Below are positions 41,644-50,229 of a DNA stretch of 64,000 nt, one piece after another (position 1 is the stretch's first letter; each line of letters begins with the position of its first letter). Location of the stretch: IMG/VR virus record IMGVR_UViG_3300035497_000625; one strand, written 5' to 3'. Both the position numbers and the translations under genes were made by a program. The DNA is from an uncultured virus (IMG/VR IMGVR_UViG_3300035497_000625). Taxonomy: Duplodnaviria > Heunggongvirae > Uroviricota > Caudoviricetes. The notes under the pieces were generated by a model, which was given only the letters and a program-made list of their open reading frames with translations, searched no databases and was not told the DNA's origin.

Positions 41644-42141
41644 CTAGCAGTCTCCAGTCTCTTCCTTGGTTCTTTCTTCCTTTGCCTTTTCTTTAGCAAT
41701 CCTTAACTCTTCTCTTCTCTTGGCATCCTTTTCCTTTTTGTCAGCCTTTTCCTTTTCTTTCTTCGCTTTTTCGTCCGCCTTAGATTGGATGGATTTGGCA
41801 TATACTTCCGCCTCTGTTAGTCTGTCGTAGATGTCAGTAACAGATACACCAGCGGAGGTCTTACGACTAGTGGTAGTAATTGCCTTGGCAGTCATTTCCA
41901 CATTTACACAAACTTCAATCGGAAAACCGCCTTCATCTTCTACCGTCCCCACTGCTACGCTGATTGCATAGCCTTTTCCATTAGTATCCTTGAATACTTC
42001 GCTTACGCTTTCTTCTCCATACTCCTCTAGGAGTTTTTGGATTATAAAGGCATTTAGCATTTCTTTTGCCTTATTCTTAACAGTAGTGCTGTTCTTGGTA
42101 GTTAGACCCATCTCTTCAGTAAAGTTAATCATGTTTGCCAT
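41644..42141 (-). CDS. Unknown protein, four-copy family member 2
   Basis: Near-identical core to 36978..37508. Confidence 0.85.
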   Translation of the reverse strand: MANMINFTEEMGLTTKNSTTVKNKAKEMLNAFIIQKLLEEYGEESVSEVFKDTNGKGYAISVAVGTVEDEGGFPIEVCVNVEMTAKAITTTSRKTSAGVSVTDIYDRLTEAEVYAKSIQSKADEKAKKEKEKADKKEKDAKRREELRIAKEKAKEERTKEETGDC

Positions 42142-42468
42142 AATCTTCCTCTTTCTCCCACACTAACCAGTGGGCGGTTAATCAATGTTTTTTCTTTTCT
42201 CTATGATACTATTATATCACTTTTAAGCCGTTTTGTCAAGCCCCTATTTGTAAACATTTTGTGAACAAATTTTAAGCCAGCCTTTACCAATTTTTCAGCC
42301 CCTCTACATTTCAACCGCCTTCTTTCCGTGGGGTTTAATCCCCCTCTTTCATTATATCTATTATACCACATTCAAGAGGAGAAGTCAAGCCCCTATTTGT
42401 AAACATTTTATTAAGGATTTTTTTGGTAGTCTCTAGAGGGATATGCCCCTCTAGATTTTACCAGTTGA

Positions 42469-42681
42469 CTACTTGACTTCGATTACCAGTACAGGTATTG
42501 GTTCTTCTTGGTAGTCCTCGCTCATTTCAATACAGATATAGTCAACTTCCAGTTCGAGGTATTCTTTGTGTTCGTGCCATATGTCAACACAATCCCCACA
42601 ACATAGCATACCATTATCCTCTTGCATAATTTCTATGGTTTCGTAGCTTTCTAGTATCTTGAATAGGTCTTTGATTTTCAT
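42469..42681 (-). CDS. Small acidic hypothetical protein (MKIKE family)
   Basis: Start corrected to MKIKDL. Confidence 0.75.
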   Translation of the reverse strand: MKIKDLFKILESYETIEIMQEDNGMLCCGDCVDIWHEHKEYLELEVDYICIEMSEDYQEEPIPVLVIEVK

Positions 42682-42859
42682 ATTTCCTACTTTCTCCCAC
42701 ACTAACCAGTGGGCGGTGGTCTTGGTTTCTTTCCTTTACTGTAATACTATTATAACACATCCAGCGGAAAAAGTCAAGCTTTTAATTGTAAACATTTTAT
42801 TAAGGATTTTTTTGGTAGTCTCTAGAGGGATATGCCCCTCTAGATTTTACCAGTTTCTG

Positions 42860-43072
42860 TTATTCTATGTAAATATCCATTACTGGCGTATCATCGCCGA
42901 AGTCCTCGTCTATGCACGTAAAGACGGCAAGAACTTCCTTTTTTAGATAGTCGGGCTTTTGTTCTCTTAAGTCATTACATTGTCCGATAAAACGGCTTTT
43001 GTACTCACCGGATACCCTTATTCTTAAGAACTCGTAATAGTTTACTACATTAACTAAATCTGCTAATTTCAT
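42860..43072 (-). CDS. Small hypothetical protein (MKIKE family)
   Basis: Start corrected to MKLADL. Confidence 0.75.
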   Translation of the reverse strand: MKLADLVNVVNYYEFLRIRVSGEYKSRFIGQCNDLREQKPDYLKKEVLAVFTCIDEDFGDDTPVMDIYIE

Positions 43073-43252
43073 ATAGACCTCTTTCTCCCACACTGTACCA
43101 GTGGGCGGTTTACGTTGGTTTATTTCCTTTACCTTATGTATTTATTATACCACTTTTAAAGCCGTTTGTCAAGTACTTTTTTGTGAAAGTTTTGTGAAAA
43201 CATTTTTTGGTAGTCTCTAGAGGGTTGCCCCTCTAGATTTTACCAATCTCTG

Positions 43253-43486
43253 TTAGTCCTCTAGTGGTGTCTCTTGATTGATTAATATTTCCAGTTTTGC
43301 GTCAAAACCGTTTAATATAGATTGGTCTTGCTCGGCGTATACTGTATTGATTGTTAAGTCGTAGAATCTCTTTGGTACGTTCTGGGACTCTCCTCTGTAT
43401 AGTTCTATTGGTTTATAGTCTATTTCTTGAGTGATAGTCACTAGGGTATAACGTCCAACTACTGTTAATAACTCTTTGATTTTCAT
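43253..43486 (-). CDS. Small hypothetical protein (MKIKE family)
   Basis: Start corrected to MKIKEL; similar to 31498 ORF. Confidence 0.75.
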   Translation of the reverse strand: MKIKELLTVVGRYTLVTITQEIDYKPIELYRGESQNVPKRFYDLTINTVYAEQDQSILNGFDAKLEILINQETPLED

Positions 43487-43628
43487 AAGAACCTCTTTCT
43501 CCCACACTGTACCAGTGGGCGGTCTTTCTTTCCTTTAGTGTACTTATATTATACCACACCCCCACAAAAAAAGCAATAGGCAAATTGCACAAACTTTTTA
43601 GTTAGGTTTTGTATAGTTTGACTAGAAA

Positions 43629-43912
43629 ATTCTGGTAGTCATTCTGCATAAAAATCAATAGGAAATGTTGAAAGTCTTTGTACATTCTGCTACCCAGATT
43701 CTGGTAGTCAATTTGTACAAAAATTTTAAAAAATGTTGAAAACTTTTGTTTAATCTGCTACCCAGATTCTGGTAGTCATTCTGCATAAAAATCAATAGGA
43801 AATGTTGAAAGTCTTTGTATATTTCGCCGCCTAAAATCTGGTAGTCAATTTGCACAAAAAATCTTTGGAATGTTGAAAACTTTTGTGTACTATTACTAGA
43901 AAGTTCTGGTAC
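43629..43912. repeat. 68-69 bp tandem repeat, four units (ABAB)
   Basis: TCTGGTAGTCA at 43631, 43700, 43768, 43837, each followed by AATGTTGAAA. Confidence 0.9.
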
Positions 43913-44066
43913 TGCCCGCTTGTGCAATGTGCATAAAAAACAGCCGAAAAATTTTTTTCGATTTGTGCAATTTTTTTCTTGACATCGGGGCGGTAGTGTG
44001 GTATAATATAAGTACAGTCGAGGGAGAGAGAACCCACGGCGGACTAATAGAAAGGAATGTATAAAA

Positions 44067-44834
44067 ATGAATGTACAAGAAGTAATCAAAGAGGTAAAGA
44101 CTAGAAACGTAGAGTGGAGAGCATTCCACCAGTTACCAAAGACTAAAAAGTACATGGTTATCGACTACGAGGGAGCAAGCAACAAACGACCATATAACGT
44201 GGGTATCGTAATAGGTGACAAAAATAGGATATACTATAAAACGTCACTAATCATCCCCGAGTTCCTAGAGGAAAACCTTACCAGTACCAACATGACTGCG
44301 TACGCAATGGCGGTAGAGATATCAGAAATGGAAAAGAATCCCAACTATAAGGGAGAGTTCCAAAGAGTGTCAAAAGATAACTACATCAAGTTATTGTTTG
44401 CCTTAATCGATAGATACCAAATCGGGGAAATATGGGCATATAACGTAATCTTTGACAAAAACGCAACACTTAGACTAATGGCGGATAATATGGACTGCTG
44501 GAAATACCTTAAAGACGTATTAAAAATACAATGGTGTGACATTCAAAGGGAGATTTTCCACACCAAATTAAACAAGAAGAAGTACATAGACTGGTGCATT
44601 GTCAATAATTACCTCACTCCTTGTGGCAATATTCAAACTAAAGAAGAGGTAGTATATAGGTATCTATTCGGGGATAACAATTATATTGAAAAGCACATAG
44701 GTGTGTACGATGCACTGGATGAATACCAAATCTTACTAGTCGCATTAAGGCAAAAACAAAAAAGGTATAAAGAAGAAAAAGGCACTCATCTATATACAAT
44801 ATTGAATAGGACAATGCAAGAGTTGGGAATGTAA
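44067..44834 (+). CDS. DEDDh 3'-5' exonuclease-like protein, paralog of 39509..40276
   Basis: YMVIDYEG, AYNVIFD, KHIGVYDALD motifs. Confidence 0.8.
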   Translation: MNVQEVIKEVKTRNVEWRAFHQLPKTKKYMVIDYEGASNKRPYNVGIVIGDKNRIYYKTSLIIPEFLEENLTSTNMTAYAMAVEISEMEKNPNYKGEFQRVSKDNYIKLLFALIDRYQIGEIWAYNVIFDKNATLRLMADNMDCWKYLKDVLKIQWCDIQREIFHTKLNKKKYIDWCIVNNYLTPCGNIQTKEEVVYRYLFGDNNYIEKHIGVYDALDEYQILLVALRQKQKRYKEEKGTHLYTILNRTMQELGM

Positions 44835-45320
44835 TCGAGAGGGGATAGTATCCCCTCCCTATTCTTTTATATAGTCAATACCTTATTATATAAAATATTG
44901 GGTCTGTCTATTGTCTTACCATGTAAGACATCATCTCGTTATCTTATCTGGCAAGGCATTACTACATTAATACCTTATGTAATAAGGTATTCCTCTAGAG
45001 GGGTCCAGGCTTCCAGTTTCTGCCAAACCGCACTGGTGCAGGCATTGCCGACCAGATGGTAAAATCTGGGAGTCGGAAACCACACAGGTATGTGGTTTAC
45101 CAAAAAATTCCAGCCGCGCCGATCAGGCCCGTTTCCAGTTTCTGCCAATACACACAGGTACGTGGTTTACCAATCTTTACCAATAGGTCGCAATCCACAT
45201 AGGTATGTGGTTTACCAAAAATTTCCAGAGCAGGTCGCGCTTTTCCAATTTTTACCAATTCCTCTAGGAATTGGAAAAGTTTACCATGGAAATTTCCATG
45301 GAAATTTCTACCATACGTAT

Positions 45321-45565
45321 GAGCTGGAAGGAGCTGGAAACCGTATGAGCTGGAAAAAGCTGCCAGCTCTGTGAGCTGGAAGGAGCTGGAAGTCAAATGA
45401 GCTGGAAGGAGCTGGAAGTCAAATGAGCTGGAAAAGGTTACCACCTCTAGGAGCTGGAAAAGGTTGCCATTACCAAATGAGCTGGAAGAGGTTGCCATCC
45501 CTGTGAGCTGGAAGGAGCTGGGAGCTGAATGAGCTGGAAGCTCATTACCATGGAAGGAGCTGGAA
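45321..45565 (+). repeat. GAGCTGG cluster 3
   Basis: Dense co-oriented GAGCTGGA motifs. Confidence 0.9.
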
Positions 45566-45603
45566 CCTCGACCTGTATCGCCCGTTGCTTCCAATTTTTA
45601 CCA

Positions 45604-45787
45604 TGTAATCGATTACAACCGCATAACTACGTTCCCAGATTCTGGTGGACCTCTAGGAAATTTTTACCAATAGAAAAAAGAAAAAAGATGTGGAGCCGCC
45701 TGGAAATTTTTACCATGTAAACGATTACATTTCCAGAGGTTGCCAGTGTTCCTCTAGGAGGAAATTTTTGCCATGTAAACGATTACA
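45604..45787. promoter_or_regulatory. Three TGTAA(A/T)CGATTACA cre/LacI-family-like operators
   Basis: Copies at 45604 (perfect palindrome), 45716, 45774. Confidence 0.6.
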
Positions 45788-45853
45788 TGAAAATGGAAAA
45801 GAGTGACAAGGTAATCCTTGCCACTCCATTTTCCAGTTTATTTCCTTGGTAAT

Positions 45854-46393
45854 CTATTCCTCTTCCTCATTGGCAACCTCTGCCTTGGTAGCCTTTTCCT
45901 CTAGTTCCTTTTGCTTTCTGTCAGTTTCTGCCTTGGCTTGCTCCTTGGCAATTCTTAGCTCTTCTCTTCTCTTGGCATCCTTTTCCTTTTTGTCATTCTT
46001 TACCTTTTCCTTTTCAGCTTTCTCTTTGGCTTTCTTTTCCATCTCATTTTGGTATATCTCAGCTTCTGTTAATCTGTCGTAGATGTCAGTAACTGACACT
46101 CCACTAGAGGTTTTCCTAGAGGTGGTAGTTATTGCTTTGGCAGTCATTTCCACGTTAACGCATACCTCTATAGGGAATCCGCCCTCGTCATTAACAGTTC
46201 CTACCGCTACGCTGATTGCATAGCCTTTACCATTTGTATCCTTAAAGACTTCAGAAACATTTTCCATACCAAACTCTTCCACTAGTTTCTCTAGTATGAA
46301 TTTGTTAAGGATTTCCTTTGCCTTATTTTTAACAGTAGTGCTGTTCTTGGTAGTTAGACCCATCTCTTCAGTGAAATTAACATAGTTAGCCAT
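45854..46393 (-). CDS. Unknown protein, four-copy family member 3
   Basis: Near-identical core to members 1 and 2. Confidence 0.85.
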   Translation of the reverse strand: MANYVNFTEEMGLTTKNSTTVKNKAKEILNKFILEKLVEEFGMENVSEVFKDTNGKGYAISVAVGTVNDEGGFPIEVCVNVEMTAKAITTTSRKTSSGVSVTDIYDRLTEAEIYQNEMEKKAKEKAEKEKVKNDKKEKDAKRREELRIAKEQAKAETDRKQKELEEKATKAEVANEEEE

Positions 46394-47127
46394 ATAGACC
46401 TCTTTCTCCTACACTAACCAGTAGGCGGTTTAATCAAGTTTTTATCTCTTTTCTATGATACTATTATATCATATTCTAGCCGATTTGTCAACCCCTTAAT
46501 TGTAAACATTTTATTAAGGTTTTTCTTGGTAGTCGGCTCTCTGTCCGCTGGTGTCTTTCCCTTTACTGTACTTCTATTATAGCACATCTAGAGCAGAAAG
46601 TCAACCCCTTAATTGTAAACATTTTATTAATACATTTCTTGGTATCTACATTTCCATCCCCTGCCTTTCTGCCCCTCTAGGGCGTTCCTTATCTTTACTG
46701 TACCTATATTATAGCACATTCTACGGGCGGATGTGTTAACATTCTGTAAATAAATTATGAACAGTTTGTAAATACAATTACTGCCAAAAAATCAGGAGGA
46801 ATGGTAAGAATTGGGAGCCGCCCATAAGCCCGCCTTCCATTTTTTGCCAAACCACGTAGATACGCCCCTGTTAAACTCTGGTAACAACGTAGGTACGCCC
46901 TCTATTTTTCCAATCTCCACCAGTGCGAATTACCAACCCCTCCCAATTTTCACGCAGTCTACCGCTTTCGACCCTATTAACCAATAGATGGGGTTAAAAA
47001 GTTGAACCCCTCCAAACAACACACCTATGCAGTTCTCCGCACCCATTCGCATACTGACCCCTTGGAAAATTCTGGGGTGGATTGTAGATGCGTAGGTATC
47101 GCCCCTCAATAGGTACGAGGTTTCAAT

Positions 47128-47570
47128 GAGCTGGAAAAAGCTGGAAGGAGCTGTGTGAGCTGTGAGCTGGAGGGTCTATGAGCTGGAGACCTAGAGGAGC
47201 TGGAGGCCTCTAGGAGCTGTGGATGAGCTGGAAAAAGCTGGAAGGAGCTGCGTGTCAATAGGAGCTGGAAGGAGCTGTGAGCTGGAAGGAGCTGTGAGCT
47301 GGGTCAATAGGAAGTGAGCTGGGGAGCTGGAGACCTCTAGGAGCTGGAGACCTCTAGGAGCTGGAAAATCAATAGGAAAAGAATTGAGACCCTCCCATAT
47401 TTTCGCCGCCGCGTCAACTCCAGTGAGCTGTGTGAGCTGTGAAATCTCTAGGTTAGCTGGACGCGGGCGAATTGTCAACTAGATAAAGGCTGATGAGCTG
47501 GAAAAACGTTTAATGGTTTCGCCGCGAAATTACAAATTGTCAACCTCTAGGAGCTGTGTGGGCTGGAAAC
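47128..47570 (+). repeat. GAGCTGG cluster 4
   Basis: Dense co-oriented GAGCTG(G/T) motifs mixed with CCTCTAGG and TCAATAGGA. Confidence 0.9.
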
Positions 47571-47651
47571 CCTAGAGGAGTTGGTGTTTGTTACCACTAT
47601 AAGAAAAAAACCCTAGAGGAGTACCTCTAGGGATATAAAAAAGAGGAGGGG

Positions 47652-48209
47652 TTATTCCCCCTCCTTAGTTTCCTCTTGAGCTGTGTCGCTCTTGGATTCC
47701 TTTTGAGCCTTGATAGCTTCTCTTCTCTCCTTGTCCTTTTGCTTCTTGGCTTCCTTTTCCTTTTCCTTATTCGCCTTGGTCTGTGCCTTTTCCTCTAGGG
47801 CGTTCTTATAGATTTCTGCCTCTGTTAGTCTGTCGTAGATGTCGGTGTAGGATGTGCCAGATGCTGTCTTCCTAGAGGTAGCTGTGATTGCCTTTGCAGT
47901 AAGCTCAACGTTGACACAAACCTCGATTGGGAAACCGCCCTCATCTTCAACAGTTCCAACTGCCACACTGATTGCTCTGCCCTTACCATTAGCATCCTTA
48001 AAGACCTCACTCACATTCTCTTCTCCGAAGACCTCTAGGAGTTTTTTCATTATTAGTTTGTCTAAAGCTTCCTTTGCTCTATTCTTAACGGTTGTGGATT
48101 GCTTTGTAGTTAAATCGCTAAAATCAACTCTCATAGTACTCTCCTTTACCTCTAGGTTCTCTTGGTTTACAACTTCATTAACATTAGTATTAGCAGTAGT
48201 ATTTGTCAT
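47652..48209 (-). CDS. Unknown protein, four-copy family member 4
   Basis: Same core; start corrected to MTNTTAN after leader hairpin and RBS. Confidence 0.85.
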   Translation of the reverse strand: MTNTTANTNVNEVVNQENLEVKESTMRVDFSDLTTKQSTTVKNRAKEALDKLIMKKLLEVFGEENVSEVFKDANGKGRAISVAVGTVEDEGGFPIEVCVNVELTAKAITATSRKTASGTSYTDIYDRLTEAEIYKNALEEKAQTKANKEKEKEAKKQKDKERREAIKAQKESKSDTAQEETKEGE

Positions 48210-48307
48210 AACGACCTCTTTCTCCAACACTAGGTAGTTGGCGACCTCACTATTCGTTTCTCTCATTTACTATAATTATTATACCACAGGCTGTGGACTT
48301 TTTCAAC

Positions 48308-48520
48308 TTAGTTGCTCTTGCTAGAGTAGGTGATGTAGAATCTCTCGGTGAAGTGTGCTGATGGAGATTGACCCTCTCTGATACGTGAGTCTAGGTTGTC
48401 GAGCCAAAGTCTAAAGGCTGAGGTCTTTGATGGGATGTATTCGTCAAGGAATAGTTTTAGCTCTACTCCATCAAAGCACTCATGGTATCTGTTGGTTTCC
48501 TTATCATAAACTGTATACAT
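48308..48520 (-). CDS. Small hypothetical protein
   Basis: Start corrected to MYTVYD after GAAAGGAG RBS. Confidence 0.7.
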   Translation of the reverse strand: MYTVYDKETNRYHECFDGVELKLFLDEYIPSKTSAFRLWLDNLDSRIREGQSPSAHFTERFYITYSSKSN

Positions 48521-49018
48521 AAGCTTTTCTCCTTTCGGTTTCTCTCTCTCATTTACTATAGATATTATATCATAGAGTGGAGGTTTTTTCAACTGGGTGA
48601 CCCCGCCTATTTTGTGAGCCTCTAGAGGATAGCCCCTCTAGTTTATATGACCAAAAGCTCCTCTAGGGTAGTCCCCCCTTTAATCAATAGGAATAGGTCT
48701 GGGGTATCCCTCCCCTCATTTTCTATTATAATTATAGCATAGTTTGTGAAATTTTTCAACTAAATCAATAGGAAAAGAACAAAGCCCGCCATAAAACAGT
48801 TAAAAAGTATATTAGAAATTGTATAGTGTGGACGATTTTATGTGGTTTCGCGGCGAAAAATGTATTGGTTTTGATAGAATAAAGGACGATTCTGTTTGAT
48901 TTTGTGTAGAATACGCCCCTTTTTATGTATAAAATTGAATGTATTTGATGTTTTCTAGAGGAGTTTTGTCAATATAATTGTGCCCGCGAGCTGTAAAAAG
49001 CTATGAGCTGGAACGCCT

Positions 49019-49846
49019 CTAGGTTTCTTCTTGAATATTATACTGTCCCTTTATTCTGTCATACATCTCTTTTGCTTCATTATTAGTTTCTAACTCCTCT
49101 AGACTAAAATCATCAATCTTATAGCTGATATAGTAATAAACTTCACTAATCTTAAATGATGGGATAGCCCCGCCTTTTCGATTAGGAATAATACCCTCCC
49201 TGTATTCAATTAGACCTACCCCTCTAAGAAATATTAAAGCTTTTCTTATCTCTGCATCTGTATGGGCACTGATAGTATAACCTAGTGTATCTCTAATTTG
49301 TTCAAAGGTTAACACTTTAAATTGTCTATGCTGGAATACACAAGTATCTCTATAGGCACAACATAATAAATATAGTTTTAATTCTAATTCTGATACCTTA
49401 AATGTCTTGTTTAACGTTTCTAGTGTAGTCTCTGGCACTGGAGTAAAAGGTTTTGGACATGGTATATAGTACACTCCATTCTTTTCATATCTATATCTGG
49501 ATGTCCAAACGCTAAAACATTCTTTATCAACTGCTTTTAGATATTCTTTACGGTCTTCATAATCCCCCTCATTAATATATGTAAATTGATATTCTCCATT
49601 ATAAGAGACTAATTGTGATTGTTCTAATTGATACATATATCTTTTAACTGTCTTGTCAGTAATACCAATTGCTTCTTTTATTTTAGTTAGCATTAAATCT
49701 TTTTGTCTGAACATTCTAGTGTTCTCAGGGTATGAAGCTAAACCTGAAATACAATTTAAATACGTATATAGTTTCATTGGATTATCCACAATCTTCTCCT
49801 CCTTTACTGGCATTGATGCAGAATTTTCTGGTTGTTGCTTATGCAT
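49019..49846 (-). CDS. Candidate replication initiator (tandem winged-helix-like)
   Basis: Two HTH-like segments (TKIKEAIGITDKTVKRYMYQLEQSQLV; FEQIRDTLGY...IRKALIFLRGVGLIEY); iteron-like repeats directly upstream. Confidence 0.55.
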   Translation of the reverse strand: MHKQQPENSASMPVKEEKIVDNPMKLYTYLNCISGLASYPENTRMFRQKDLMLTKIKEAIGITDKTVKRYMYQLEQSQLVSYNGEYQFTYINEGDYEDRKEYLKAVDKECFSVWTSRYRYEKNGVYYIPCPKPFTPVPETTLETLNKTFKVSELELKLYLLCCAYRDTCVFQHRQFKVLTFEQIRDTLGYTISAHTDAEIRKALIFLRGVGLIEYREGIIPNRKGGAIPSFKISEVYYYISYKIDDFSLEELETNNEAKEMYDRIKGQYNIQEET

Positions 49847-49942
49847 TATTACATTCCTCCTGTTTTTATTTTCTGGTAATTGCTTACCTATAATTTATGT
49901 ATAATTCCCAGTTAGGAATTATAGAAAAGTCGGAATCGGATT

Positions 49943-50229
49943 TTTTTCTACCGTTCTCGAAAATTTTTCTACCGTTCTTAGAAAATTTTTCTACCGTTCC
50001 TCGGATTTTTTTCTACCGTTCTTCGGAAATTTTTCTATCATATAGTATGATATGGGACAAGGTAGAAAGATAACGTAGAAAATAACGAACTCTTTATTGG
50101 AATTTTAGTTCGGATAACGATATGGAAAATTCTCACAAAAATTTTTTTCAATAGTTAACCAAAAGGAAAAATCACAAAAAGTTCTACCAAACTTCACAAA
50201 AAGTTCTACCGAAAATCACAAAAAGTTCT
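49943..50229. repeat. Iteron-like repeats, candidate origin
   Basis: TTTTTCTACCGTTC at 49943, 49964, 49986, 50008; TCACAAAAAGTTCT at 50172, 50194, 50216; 21-22 bp periodicity. Confidence 0.75.

Larger units (their letters stand above)
29700..46745. promoter_or_regulatory. Class I repeated promoter/leader units (about 25 copies, mostly minus strand)
   Basis: TTGACA-17-TATAAT with TG extension then ATAAGTACAGTAAAGG, e.g. 33083..33111 (-); plus-strand copies at 34067..34095, 39417..39445, 43979..44007. Confidence 0.9.

Noticed and set aside
35428..43507. Shared MWEK N-terminal peptide in several ORFs
   Set aside because: Artefact of the GTG in the leader hairpin; true ATG follows the RBS seven codons later
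43629..43912. CRISPR mini-array
   Set aside because: Units are similar along their full length in ABAB order; no unique spacers
43655..44155. Minus-strand ORFs of 166, 68 and 77 aa
   Set aside because: Overlap a promoter, a tandem repeat and the exonuclease start; no RBS
30919..47478. ORFs over GAGCTGG islands (30919, 40721, 40758, 40804, 45090, 45097, 45529, 47191)
   Set aside because: Low-complexity translations of repeats, open on both strands, without RBS or promoter
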